Positions 45,618 to 55,550 of a DNA stretch of 64,000 nt are shown here, in pieces (the first letter of the stretch is position 1; the number at the start of each line of letters is the position of its first letter). This DNA is from an uncultured Solirubrobacterales bacterium (GTDB lineage: Bacteria; Actinomycetota; Thermoleophilia; Solirubrobacterales; Solirubrobacteraceae), in the NCBI GenBank assembly GCA_963756585.1, contig CAVWOK010000010.1, forward strand, positions 524 through 64,523, given 5' to 3'. A model generated the notes under the pieces. It saw nothing but the letters and a program-made list of their open reading frames with translations. It was not told the origin of the DNA and did no database searches. The translations under genes and the position numbers were made by a program.

Positions 45618-47321
45618 GAGGGTGTCGCGGAAAGGTTCGTGGGTCGGGCTGGGACAGGCCGGCGGTGGGGGCGTCGGTGGTGCTGGGCCCGTTGTGTGGG
45701 GCGGTGTGATCTCGTGGGGGGCGGTTCAGGCCGCCAGAGTGGCTATCTGGTGATTGTGGAGCTTGGTGAGGTTGTGGGTCATCATCTGTAGGCGCCACTC
45801 GGTGCGCACCGCTTTGCGGCCTCGTCGGTGGAAGCGATTGAACTTTCGGTTGTGTTTGGTGTGACCGATCACTGGCTCCACGGTCTGTTTGCGTAATCGG
45901 TAGAGCGCTTGACCAAGTTCGGTCTCGAGCACGCGGCGCATGAAGGTGTAACGGCCGCCGGTCCAGCCGGGTCGTTCGCCCTTGCGCCGGCTTGAGTCAG
46001 GTGGGATGAGCACCTGGATGCCGTGCTCGCCGATGACCTCGTCCATGTGCTGCTCGTTCCAGTACCCCGCGTCAGCCACCGCGGCCCGCGGCTTCTCGCG
46101 GATTCCGGCCTGCTCGAGCTCCCGCAGCGTGGCGTCGACCATCGGCTTGAGCTGCGAGAAGTCGACCGACTCGACGGTGATCTCAGCGGCTAGGACGATG
46201 TGCTGCTCGTTGACTGCCGCCTGCACGTTGTAGCCCTGCACGTAGCCGCGGAACGCCTTCATCACCCGCGCGTCGGGATCGGTCAGGTTGACCTCGCCCT
46301 GCGGGCTTGACGGCGGCTGATAGGGCTTCGGTGGGCCCCCGAACCGGCGGCCGTCCTTCATCTGCCCCTGCGCGCGATACCCCTGATACGCCTCGTTCCC
46401 ACGCCGCTCAGCCCCAAGATCCTGCTCAAGCCGCCGGCCCGCCTGGAGCAACCGCTCAGACCGCGACCGCGGGACCGGCTCAGCCTCACGCCACCGATCC
46501 TGGTCAAGCTGGCGCTTGGCCTCCCGCAACCACCCCTCGCGGCCCTGTACCCGCGCCACGATCCGCTCGGCATCGAACTCATGACCGGCCGCCGCCTCGC
46601 CCTTGGCCTCCTCCGCCTCGGCGTCCAGCTCGCGCTCAGCGGCCTGCGGCTCCAGGTGGCGAGCCAGCCACTGTCGCCGACCCTCCTCGCTCCGCAGCTC
46701 GGGCGGAAGTTCATCCCCGCGCGCATCGCCATGACACTCATCCTCCGCCTCATCGGTGGCGATCGTCTCCGCGATGATCTCCCGGGCGATCCCGTCATAG
46801 TCAACGTTGGAGTCACGGCTCGCGTTGGCGTGCAGCTTCGTGCCGTCGATCGCGACCACCCCGGACCCCACCAACCCAGCCTCATCGCACAGCCCTAACA
46901 CCTGGGAGAACAGTTCACCCAGCGTCTGCTCATGGCGGCAGATAAATCTCGCGATCGTCGCGTGATCCGAAATCAAATTACCGGTAATCACACGGTAAGC
47001 CACGTCCTGGCGACAGTGACGCTCGATCGCTCGCGAGGACTGCCCGTTGGTCGCGAACGCGAACAAGATCAGCGTCACCATCACCGACGGCTCATACGCC
47101 GCCCGGCCGTGACCATCCGCCCGATACGCGCCATAGAACGCCGACAGATCCATCCGGCCCACGACGTCGATCACGAACCACGCCAAATGATCCTCCGGCA
47201 ACCACTCCCGCACGTCCGGCGGCAACAAAAACCCCTGCTCACGACGACTCTCAATGAAGTTCTGCGGCATACCACAATTGTGTTAAACGTGGCGGACGGA
47301 ACCCCTTTGTGCGACACCCTC
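45618..47321 (-). mobile_element. IS1182-family element A
   Basis: TIRs GAGGGTGTCGCGGAAAGG (45618) and CCTTTGTGCGACACCCTC (47304), 16/18 match. 4-bp TSD GCCT at 45614-17 and 47322-25. Confidence 0.9.
45726..47270 (-). CDS. IS1182-family DDE transposase
   Basis: 'LLPPDVREWLPEDHLA', 'DHATIARF', 'AIDGTK', 'GYNVQAAV', 'ADAGY' and 'RKQTVEPVIG'. Confidence 0.95.
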   Translation of the reverse strand: MPQNFIESRREQGFLLPPDVREWLPEDHLAWFVIDVVGRMDLSAFYGAYRADGHGRAAYEPSVMVTLILFAFATNGQSSRAIERHCRQDVAYRVITGNLISDHATIARFICRHEQTLGELFSQVLGLCDEAGLVGSGVVAIDGTKLHANASRDSNVDYDGIAREIIAETIATDEAEDECHGDARGDELPPELRSEEGRRQWLARHLEPQAAERELDAEAEEAKGEAAAGHEFDAERIVARVQGREGWLREAKRQLDQDRWREAEPVPRSRSERLLQAGRRLEQDLGAERRGNEAYQGYRAQGQMKDGRRFGGPPKPYQPPSSPQGEVNLTDPDARVMKAFRGYVQGYNVQAAVNEQHIVLAAEITVESVDFSQLKPMVDATLRELEQAGIREKPRAAVADAGYWNEQHMDEVIGEHGIQVLIPPDSSRRKGERPGWTGGRYTFMRRVLETELGQALYRLRKQTVEPVIGHTKHNRKFNRFHRRGRKAVRTEWRLQMMTHNLTKLHNHQIATLAA

Positions 47322-47437
47322 GCCTGGATGCAGCAGCACTCGGGTGCCGTCTGGAGACGGGCGAGCTGCGACGTCCGCGGCGGCGTCGAAGGGCCGCCAC
47401 TCCCCGGAAAGCAGCCGTCGGGCGACGTCGCTCCTCC

Positions 47438-47502
47438 TCGTCCGGAGCGGTCACGAGGTCAGCGACATCGCCGACTACTGCTCGTAGAGGCAAAGCAGGC
47501 GC
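47438..47502 (+). repeat. 65-bp repeat, left copy (inverted relative to 52642-52706)
   Basis: TCGTCCGGAGCGGTCACGAGGTCAGCGACATCGCCGACTACTGCTCGTAGAGGCAAAGCAGGCGC. 64/65 identical to the reverse complement of the right copy. Confidence 0.9.
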
Positions 47503-47604
47503 GGGACCCCGCCTGAGGCGAAAAGGGGGTTCGCGACCCGGGTCAGGGTCGGAGGCCTGCTTCGTGCCGGCGCCGTGCTTCTCGCCGCCACGCCGACGGG
47601 CTGT

Positions 47605-49050
47605 TCAGCCTCTCCCGAGGGATCGGTTTCGGCTGGCGGGCGGGCTGCCCCGGTTCGTGTGGGCAGTTGCGAATGTCGCTGCGGAGTGGGCGCTGGTTGC
47701 CGGCGGGAATGAGACTTCGATTGTGAGGCCGCCGTTTGGTCGCGCGCGCGCGTTGAGTTCGGCGTGGTGCGCAGTGGCGATTGCTTGGACGATGGAGAGT
47801 CCGAGCCCGTGCCCGTACGTGTGGTGTGTCCGGCGGGGATCGAGTCGTTGGAAGGGCTGGAAGAGGCGTTCGACTTCGGCCGGTGGGATCAGCGCTCCGG
47901 TATTGGTCACCGACAGGAACGCCCTGCCGTCCTTGACCCCGGTGACGACCCCGACACGGCCGTCGACAATGTTGTGGCGGACGGCGTTGGTGAGCAGGTT
48001 GGCGACGAGCCGCTGCACGAGCAGCGGGTCGCCACCGAGGGGTGCCGGTGTCGTCGTCGTGTCGATGTGGATCCCGAGTCGGTCGATCTCCGGTTCGAGG
48101 TCGGTGAGGGTCGCGGCGACGGTGGCGGCGAGGTCGACGGGTTCGTGTCCGTTCGGCTCGCTTTGGCTGCTGGCGAGGGTGAGGAGGGCTTCGATCAGGC
48201 GCGCATGCTCGTCGTTGGAGGCGAGCACCTGCTGGGCGGTGGAACGCCAAGCCGTGTTGGCGGTCTCGGGGTCGTCGAGCGCAACCTGGAGCAGGGTGCG
48301 CTCGGCGGTCAGGGGGGTGCGCAGCTCGTGGGAGGCGTTGGCGACGAACTGCCGTTGGGCCTCGAAGGCGTCCTGGAGGCGGGTGAAGAGGCTGTCGAGG
48401 GTGTCCCCGAGTTCCTTGAGCTCGTCGTTGGGGCCGTCGAGCGCGAGGCGTTCGTGCAGGTTTGTGGAGGAGATTCTGCGGGCGGTGCGGGTGATCGTTC
48501 GGATCGGTCGCAGCATTCTGCCGGCAACGAGCCAGCCTGCGAGGATCGCGAGTACCGCCACGACGGCCAGCGCGATCGCCGAGTTGACGAGCAGCTGGTG
48601 CGAGTCGGCGGCGCGCTGCGCAGCTTCGGCGGGCCCGGTCTGTGCGAGCTGGTGCACGGCCTGTGCGAGCTGGTGCACCGCTTGTGCCAGCTGATGTTGG
48701 TCTTTGGTCAGCTGATGCTGCTGATTGAGGGCAAGCCGACCCGGCGGGAACGGATGCTGGGCCTGCGCCAGCTGACGCTCGGCTCGCTCGACTGTCGCCA
48801 GCTGAGGTAGAGGCGGCTTAAACGAAGCCAGAGGTTCGAGATCCTTGATCGCGGGGGCGTGAGGGACCTTCGGTAGGTGCGGGGTCTTGTATTGCGTCGC
48901 CCGTTGGAACAGGATGTAGGTGCTTGCTAGGAGCGCGACGCCGGAGAGGAGGAAGAGACCGCCGTAGAGAGCGGTGAGCCGGAGCCGAGCGGTGCGGCGA
49001 GGCAATCGCTGCCAAGTGGATCGTGTGAGCCGGGGGCGCGCGATCGCCAT
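47605..49050 (-). CDS. Sensor histidine kinase (HAMP, CutS/BaeS-like)
   Basis: 'FVANASHELRTPL', 'NLLTNAVRHN' and 'GHGLGLSIV'. Confidence 0.93.
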   Translation of the reverse strand: MAIARPRLTRSTWQRLPRRTARLRLTALYGGLFLLSGVALLASTYILFQRATQYKTPHLPKVPHAPAIKDLEPLASFKPPLPQLATVERAERQLAQAQHPFPPGRLALNQQHQLTKDQHQLAQAVHQLAQAVHQLAQTGPAEAAQRAADSHQLLVNSAIALAVVAVLAILAGWLVAGRMLRPIRTITRTARRISSTNLHERLALDGPNDELKELGDTLDSLFTRLQDAFEAQRQFVANASHELRTPLTAERTLLQVALDDPETANTAWRSTAQQVLASNDEHARLIEALLTLASSQSEPNGHEPVDLAATVAATLTDLEPEIDRLGIHIDTTTTPAPLGGDPLLVQRLVANLLTNAVRHNIVDGRVGVVTGVKDGRAFLSVTNTGALIPPAEVERLFQPFQRLDPRRTHHTYGHGLGLSIVQAIATAHHAELNARARPNGGLTIEVSFPPATSAHSAATFATAHTNRGSPPASRNRSLGRG

Positions 49051-49712
49051 CAGTGTCCGCCGATGCGATAGCCGCGCTCGCGGACGGTTTCGATCATCGG
49101 CGGGTCACCGAGCTTGGTCCGCAGCCGGTTGATCGTGGCTTTGACGGTCGTGGTGAACGGGTCCGTCTCCTCGTCCCACACCCGTTCGAGCAATTCCTCA
49201 GCTGACACCGGCCTTCCTTCGGCAGCGAGCAAGCATTCCAACACGGCGAACTCCTTCGGGCTGAGCGCCAGCCGGTGTCCGGCGCGCGCCGCGACACATT
49301 GTTCGGGGTCTAATGTCAGGTCGCGATAGCCCAAGCGTTCGGGCTTCGGCGCACCGGGTCGGCGGCCCAGCGCCTGGACCCGGGCGAGCAGCTCGCTGAA
49401 GTCGAACGGCTTGGGGAGATAGTCGTCAGCACCCAGGCCGAGGCCTTCGACCCGATCGCGCACCGAACTGGCCGCGGTCAGCATCAGCACTCGGCTCTCA
49501 CTTCGCTCCGCAGTAAGCCTGCGACAGATCTCATCGCCGTGTGTGCCCGGGAGGTCCCGGTCGAGCACCACCACGTCGTAGCGGTTCGCGCGCAGACGCG
49601 CCAGCGCGGCGTCGCCGTCCAGCACCAGATCCACGAGCATCCCGCGGCGGCGCAGCCCCGCCAGCAGAGCCCTGGCCAACGGCTCGTGGTCTTCTACTAC
49701 AAGCACCCTCAT
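49050..49712 (-). CDS. OmpR-family response regulator (CutR-like)
   Basis: 'MRVLVVED', 'VVVLDRDLPG', 'DDYLPKPF' and 'IETVRERGYRI'. Confidence 0.93.
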   Translation of the reverse strand: MRVLVVEDHEPLARALLAGLRRRGMLVDLVLDGDAALARLRANRYDVVVLDRDLPGTHGDEICRRLTAERSESRVLMLTAASSVRDRVEGLGLGADDYLPKPFDFSELLARVQALGRRPGAPKPERLGYRDLTLDPEQCVAARAGHRLALSPKEFAVLECLLAAEGRPVSAEELLERVWDEETDPFTTTVKATINRLRTKLGDPPMIETVRERGYRIGGH

Positions 49713-49800
49713 CGTTTTCTTGATCAGAAGCCTGGCAGCCGTCGCGGCCGGTCGGGCCGTCTCGCCCGCGGTTCGAGGTCGGGCAACACGATGCCAGTCG

Positions 49801-49839
49801 CAGGTCACAGCCAGGTCACGGCTATGACGGGGCTGTGAC
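49801..49839. promoter_or_regulatory. Candidate OmpR-type operator
   Basis: 11-bp-period direct repeat CAGGTCACAGC/CAGGTCACGGC followed by inverted half-sites GCTATGAC and GCTGTGACC, between the regulator and the divergent lipoprotein genes. Confidence 0.55.
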
Positions 49840-49896
49840 CCGGCGGGCTGTAGAACTGCGCTCGAGCCCCTTCCCATCGACCAAGGAGCAGACCAG

Positions 49897-50658
49897 ATGA
49901 AATGGATCTCGACATGCCGACGAACGGGCGGACTGGCGTTGCTACTTGCGGCTGCCGCGGTCACGCTGGCCGCGCTCGGCGGAGCCGGCTCCTCGCACGC
50001 CGCCAGCCTCGCAAAGCACACCGGCCGCCGCAACAGCGCCAGGCGCTCCAACGCCAATCACGAGCGCGCGCACTCGACGGGCACGCCAGCGAACGACAGC
50101 TCGACCGGGCCGCTGGAGCAGTGGGCGGTCTGCGAGCGTGGAAGCGGCGATTCAACCCAGGCCGACCCGACCGTCGAGCACCAGGTGATCTACATCGCGG
50201 TCCAGATGGGGATGCTGGGGAACTGGAATCCGGACGATGCGACCGCCGCATGCGGCGGGTACCTGGCCGCGGCCCGCAGCGCGGTGGCGGGCGGCCCGCC
50301 CGTCAAGGGATGGGGGAACAACGCCTTGTACGTGCGGTACGCCAACTGTATGCGCGCCGACGGGTACCCCACCTTCCCCTACCCGTCCGGAATCGAACCG
50401 GACGGGAATGAGAGCACCGATTTCAACGGCACCGGCATCGACCCGAACAGCCCGGCGTTCCTGAACGGGAACGCCAACCAGACCTGCGGCAAGCAGATCG
50501 GCGCACCTGCCTGGTGGATCAACAACTGGGGACCCCCCGGAAGCGTCGACGTCTACCCCGCCGGCACGAACCCCAACAGCCCCCTACCAGGCCACCTACC
50601 GGCGGCGCGGCCGGGCGCGCTCAAGCTGGTCGCGACCTCGCCGAGACCAGTCTCCTGA
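49897..50658 (+). CDS. Secreted protein, divergent CMRxxG-PxFPDP family
   Basis: Signal peptide, 'WAVCERGSG...ADP' and 'YANCMRADGYPTFPYP'. RBS AAGGAG. Confidence 0.7.
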   Translation: MKWISTCRRTGGLALLLAAAAVTLAALGGAGSSHAASLAKHTGRRNSARRSNANHERAHSTGTPANDSSTGPLEQWAVCERGSGDSTQADPTVEHQVIYIAVQMGMLGNWNPDDATAACGGYLAAARSAVAGGPPVKGWGNNALYVRYANCMRADGYPTFPYPSGIEPDGNESTDFNGTGIDPNSPAFLNGNANQTCGKQIGAPAWWINNWGPPGSVDVYPAGTNPNSPLPGHLPAARPGALKLVATSPRPVS

Positions 50659-50707
50659 CACCGCGGTTCCTGTCCTGCCCGGCCGTGATGCGGCCGACGC
50701 CGACGAC

Positions 50708-50740
50708 GCCCAGGACCACGCAAGCCGCGTGGTCCTGGGC
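50708..50740. terminator. Perfect 14-bp stem-loop
   Basis: GCCCAGGACCACGC-AAGCC-GCGTGGTCCTGGGC downstream of the first secreted gene. Confidence 0.6.
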
Positions 50741-50964
50741 ACAGGTGCGGATGAGTTCTCGGCCCGCGCACCCGCCGCGGCGCACAGACCGCCGGCACGA
50801 CCGGGCGAAGCAGATCGTGGCCCGGAGGCTGGCACAGCGGGGGGTCGCGTTCGTCGGGCGGTGGCGGCCGGCAGATCGCTCGATCCCGAGGGAGCGAAAC
50901 CGTGCTGAAACCGCCGATCGCCTACACCGCCGTTGACCCCCGCGCGACCGCGGGAGAAGAGCAA

Positions 50965-51627
50965 ATGCCAGTCACGACGCCATCAGTGCGGCCGGCCCGC
51001 TCACGGCGGGCACGCTTGCTCGCCTTCGCAACACTCGTGATCGGGGTTCTGGTCGCGGGCTGTGGGGGAAGCTCGCCGCACCCGGCCACGGCGGGCCACG
51101 CGACCGGCGCCGGGTTGACAAGCGCAACCGGCGGCGCGACGACCTCGAGCTCGACGGCGCCAGGCGCGTACGGATCGGGGCTGCTCACGTTCGCCAGGTG
51201 CATGCGCGCCAACGGCGCGCCCAACTTCCCAGACCCTCAACCCGGAGGCGGGGGCTTCGACTTCCACGCGAGCGCTGCGGTCATCTCGTCGCCTGCGTTC
51301 AGGGCCGCGCAGGCGCAGTGCGCGAAGTTGATGCCAGGCGGCGGTCCGCTCAGCCCCGGGCCGCCCCCCTCCGCCCAGACGATGGCGCAGCTCGTGAGGA
51401 TCGCTGCATGCATGCGCCAGCACGGCGTCCCGCAGTTCCCCGACCCCAGGATCACGCCCCCATCCCGGTCCGGCCTCAGCCTACTTGGCGCGTACAGGCT
51501 GATCACCAATTACAAAGGAGCGATCCTTCTGTTCCCGGCCACGCTCGACATGCAGTCGCCCGCGTACGAGCAGGCCGCGGCCGCGTGCGGCGCCGGCTTC
51601 CTCGGCACCGGTCCCCACCCCCACTGA
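50965..51627 (+). CDS. Lipoprotein with two CMRxxGxPxFPDP repeats
   Basis: Lipobox 'VAGC', 'FARCMRANGAPNFPDP' and 'IAACMRQHGVPQFPDP'. Confidence 0.8.
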   Translation: MPVTTPSVRPARSRRARLLAFATLVIGVLVAGCGGSSPHPATAGHATGAGLTSATGGATTSSSTAPGAYGSGLLTFARCMRANGAPNFPDPQPGGGGFDFHASAAVISSPAFRAAQAQCAKLMPGGGPLSPGPPPSAQTMAQLVRIAACMRQHGVPQFPDPRITPPSRSGLSLLGAYRLITNYKGAILLFPATLDMQSPAYEQAAAACGAGFLGTGPHPH

Positions 51628-51652
51628 TCGCCCCGGAGTCGAAGGAGACCAG

Positions 51653-52345
51653 ATGCCAGAGAACCCTCATACGGACCGGTCGGCCCGCTCCCGGCGAGCG
51701 CGGATGCGCGCCGGCGCAGCACTCGCGAGCGGGGTCCCAGTCGCCGGGTGCGGCGCAAGTCTCCCAGCCAGACCGCAGCGACGGGCGGCGGCGCGAGCAC
51801 CCGGGCGTCGACCCCCGCAGCCGGCACGGCGACCACCACTGGATCGAGCGCCGCAACCCGCGGCCGTGCCAAAAGCACGCGCGCGACCGCGCCGGGTGCC
51901 GACGGGTCGGGGCCGCTCGCGTTCGCCAGGTGCATGCGCGCCAACGGCGTGCCCAGCTACTCAGACCCGACCACCGGCGGAGGTCCCGGCCGCATACCGA
52001 TCGGCAACAACCCCCGCCGCGCCCGCGTTCAACTCGGCGGCGACCAAGTGCGGACACCTCGTCCCCGGCAGCGGCCCTCCCACTGGCCCCGGCCAGTCAA
52101 CGCACCCGACCGCACAGACGCTGACGATGCTGCTCAGGATCGCGACCTGCATGCGCCGGCACGGCGTCCCCCAGTTCCCCGACCCCAGGACGACCATGCC
52201 GTGCCGCCCACCGGCCGGCATCCAAGAGATAACCGATTACGACAACGCGATCCTTCTGTTCCCGACCACGATCAACATGCAGGCGCCCGCCTACAAGCAG
52301 GCCTTGGCCGCGTGCGGCGCGCCGCCACTTGGCCTCCCCCACTGA
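51653..52345 (+). pseudogene. Paralogous CMR-FPDP lipoprotein with compensating -1/+1 frameshifts
   Basis: Lipobox 'VAGC' and the second repeat are in one frame. Linker and first repeat 'FARCMRANGVPSYSDP' are in another frame (about 51757-52012). Confidence 0.75.
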
Positions 52346-52641
52346 TGGGAACCGGAGCCGACGCGGGCGCCGCTCGGCCGTTCCCCCGCCGTCCCGGCGG
52401 CGACGGCTCGTGCTCGCGCTGCTCCATCGACGCAGGATAGTGGTGATCGTGCTCGGCACCCGCCGCACCCGCGCGCTGGCCCGTCTGGCCACCGACTCCA
52501 ACACGCGAAGCCAGCTGGCTCCAAACCGCGCTCGCGTGGTCTTCCCGGCCGCGGCCCAGCACCGGCTCGTCCGTTCCGACAGACATCTCGCCGAGGGCCA
52601 CGCCGGCACCCCGCCTTCCGCGCGGAAGGGAGGGGGCCTCG

Positions 52642-52706
52642 GCGCCTGCTTTGCCTCCACGAGCAGTAGTCGGCGATGTCGCTGACCTCGTGACCGCTCC
52701 GGACGA
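52642..52706 (-). repeat. 65-bp repeat, right copy
   Basis: Reverse complement of 47438-47502 with one mismatch. Confidence 0.9.
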
Positions 52707-53095
52707 CGACCACTCGTCTCGTCGTCGGGCGCGAGACCGCTGCATCGCCGGGGCCGTGCGTCAGTCGGTGCGGCTCGAAGTCGGTGTCGAGGTGCAGCAG
52801 CGCTGTTTTCACAGGCAAAGCATCAGCCGCGTCGAGCGATCCAGTGCTTGCCCACCTTCGCGCGGATGACCGGGAGCAAGCAGCGCCGCACACACATCGC
52901 GCGCCGCGGGCGGAGTATCGGAGCAACAGTCAAGGCTGCCACGCCGCGCCGATGCAATCTCAAAGCAGGCGTCCGCCGGCCCAACACGGGGCCTGCAACG
53001 CCACGAAGGCAGTCGCCCGCAGCCGACGGGTGCGGACGAGTGCAAAGGCGACCCAAGGGTGCTGTGTGGTGCCTCTCTGGCAGTTAGCTCGCTGC

Positions 53096-53275
53096 GACGC
53101 ACTCCACATCCACGTCCAGTCGCCTGAAGGCGAGGCGAAGTTCTGGATCGAGCCGAACATCGAACTCGCACGCAACTATCAGCTCAGCGCTCAGGACTTG
53201 AGCCGCGTCCTACGGTTAGTCGTCGACCACGAGCAGAAGATCAGGGATGCCTGGCAGCGCCATTTCGGCCGCTGA
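53096..53275 (+). pseudogene. 5'-truncated DUF4160 family gene
   Basis: 'HIHVQSPEGEAKFWIEP...ELARNY.LS...IRDAWQRHFG'. The usual N-terminal 'PTVFR..G.RFFFFS.EE' is absent. Confidence 0.7.
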
Positions 53276-53498
53276 AGTCACCAACATTTCCAAGCATGGC
53301 TTCTGGATGCTCATCGACGGTCGCGAGCTCTTCCTTCCCTTCGAAGAGTTCCCGTGGTTCAAACAGGCCACCGTTGAAGCGATTCTGCGGCTCGAGCGCC
53401 CCACACCAGGACATCTGTACTGGCCTGAGCTCGATGTCGATCTCGCGCTTGGCTCAATCGAGAACCCCGAGCGGTACCCGCTCACATCAAGACTCTGA
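53247..53498 (+). CDS. DUF2442 family protein (putative antitoxin partner of DUF4160)
   Basis: 'EVTNISKHGFW', 'LPFEEFPWFK.A' and 'LYWPELDVDL...SIENPERYPL'. Confidence 0.8.
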   Translation: MPGSAISAAEVTNISKHGFWMLIDGRELFLPFEEFPWFKQATVEAILRLERPTPGHLYWPELDVDLALGSIENPERYPLTSRL

Positions 53499-53634
53499 TC
53501 GCGCTCCACGTCCGCCCGTCGCGCGAGCGCTCTCGCCACAAACGATCGCCCCAGCGCCCGCACTCCCCGGTGATCGACGCGTCGCCGAAGCGATGGCGCC
53601 GCCCCGACGCTTTGCGGTTCTCAGGCCCACGGGG

Positions 53635-54250
53635 ATGAGTTCCGGCGGCGAAGGGGGAAAGGTTCACGATCGGTGCTGACGTGGACGCCACCGACGGGCG
53701 TTGCGGGAGCCTGATCCGTGTGATCGTCGATCCAACGACCGAGTCGCTCACGCATCTTGCCGTTCAGCCCGGGCGCCACGCGGAGCGTGCGCGACTCGTC
53801 CCGGTCGATCTCGTGGCGGGCGTCGAGGACGAGGTGATCCGGCTCAGCTGCACCACGAAGCAGTTCGCGCAACTCGACGCCGCCGAGGACATCGAGCTTC
53901 TTTCCTCGGCCGATTTGGTCTCGACGCAATCGGGCATCGGGGTCGCCCTGCCGCTCGGCCACCACTCTAAGCCGAGGTTCAGCGATGTTGTGCCGATGGG
54001 CGAGGTTGCGGTCCGTCGCGGCGCTGCCGTGCATGCCAAGGATGGTTGGATCGGTGCGGTGGACGGTCTCGTGATCGACCCGGCCAGCGATCAGGTCACG
54101 CACCTGATCCTGCAGGAGGGCCACCTGTGGGGCCGCAAGCAGGTCGCGATCCCGATCGGGGCTGCCAATCGTGTGGAGAACGAGATCCGGGTTGACCTCA
54201 CCAAAAGAGATCGAAGCGCTTCCCCGGTGACTCACCGCTCTGGCCGCTGA
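53635..54250 (+). CDS. PRC-barrel domain protein (likely frameshifted near both ends)
   Basis: 'FTIGADVDATDG.CG...VIVDP....LTHL', 'VHAKDGWIGAVDGLVIDP' and 'EGHLWGRKQVAIP'. ATG 53635 is out of frame with the body. Confidence 0.7.
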
Positions 54251-54986
54251 CGCCCGATGCGCGTTGATCCTTACCGCCAACCCGACCGAGGTGATGATTT
54301 AGGTGTGCTGCTGCTCTCGGCTGCTTAGCGCGAACCCAGCAGCCAGCCCCGTGTGAGCCTACCTAGTGAGTTGGGCTGGCAGCATCGTCGTCGGGGTGCG
54401 TGTGACAGCGCTGGATCTCCCCGGTAATTCAGCAGTCGACACCAGCGGCAGCCAGACCTCGTGCGCGCCGCCGTTCAGCAGAGCCCCGCTCTGCCACCCA
54501 AAGCAGCAGACCTCCTCAGGACGGCCACCTCCGCCAAGCAACAGTCAGCGACGCTTGCGCCACAGAGTTGCTCCCGCGTGACAGCAGCACTCGGCGCCGG
54601 CATCGGCGGACGATCGCAATCTCTGAATGCGATCACCTGCTCAGCCCCCCGCCGCGATCGGATCGGCGACCGAACAGCCGCGCGGGGACCTGCGTCTAGA
54701 GAATACGAGGTGCGCCGCCGGACGCTCGAGACCCGCTTCGGTGTCAGCACGCGGCATCGCGCTGCTCACTGGACAGCAATTCTTCTGCTTCCTGCGAGAG
54801 GATCGGGGGGCCGGCATCAGGCCCGAGCTCTCGCGTTTCGTCCAAACCAGGCGCGCGAGAGGCGGCGAGCCGGGCGCTCGCTTGGTGTATCTGAGCGGAA
54901 GAGGCGACCTGTGTCCCGTTTGGGGATCCCCTAACGGCCACGAGATCCTGGGTGGCCCGAGCCCGCGCCGATCCGAGGTCGGGTAT

Positions 54987-55550
54987 TCAGCGCCTGGTCT
55001 CGTACCTGGTCAGGAGCACGCCGTCGGGAAACGTCCGGGTCTCCACCAGGTTCAGGTTCACCCAGTTGTCCAGGGCCGTGAAGAACGGCGTGCCGCCGCC
55101 CACCAGGACCGGGTGGGTGACGATCGCGTACTCGTCGATCAGCCCGGCCCGTATGGCCGCCGCGGCGAGGGTGGCGCCGCCGACGTCCATGGGACCGCCA
55201 TCCTCAGTCTTGAGCCGGGTGATCTCGGTGACCGCGTCGCCGGTGACCAGGCGAGCGTTCCAGTCGACCGCGCCGGTCGTCGAGGAGAACACCACCTTCG
55301 GCATGTCCCGCCAGCGGCGGGCGAACTCGATCTGCGCCGGTGTGGCGCCAGGCTGCTGGTCGACGGTCGGCCAGTGGGAGCTCATCGTCTCCCACAGTTT
55401 GCGCCCGTACAGCGCCAGGCCCGTCGCCCCCACCCGGTCGGACCACCACTGGAACAGCTCGTCGCTCGGCACGCTCCAGCCGAGGTCGTCGCCGGGCGCG
55501 GCGATGTAGCCGTCCAGGCTCAGGTTCATGCCAAAGGTCAGTTTCCGCAT
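54987..55550 (-). CDS. Dihydrofolate reductase/RibD C-terminal family protein
   Basis: 'MNLSLDGYIA', 'LYGRKLWE', 'GGATLAAAAIRAGLIDEY...HPVLVGGGTPFF'. Confidence 0.9.
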   Translation of the reverse strand: MRKLTFGMNLSLDGYIAAPGDDLGWSVPSDELFQWWSDRVGATGLALYGRKLWETMSSHWPTVDQQPGATPAQIEFARRWRDMPKVVFSSTTGAVDWNARLVTGDAVTEITRLKTEDGGPMDVGGATLAAAAIRAGLIDEYAIVTHPVLVGGGTPFFTALDNWVNLNLVETRTFPDGVLLTRYETRR

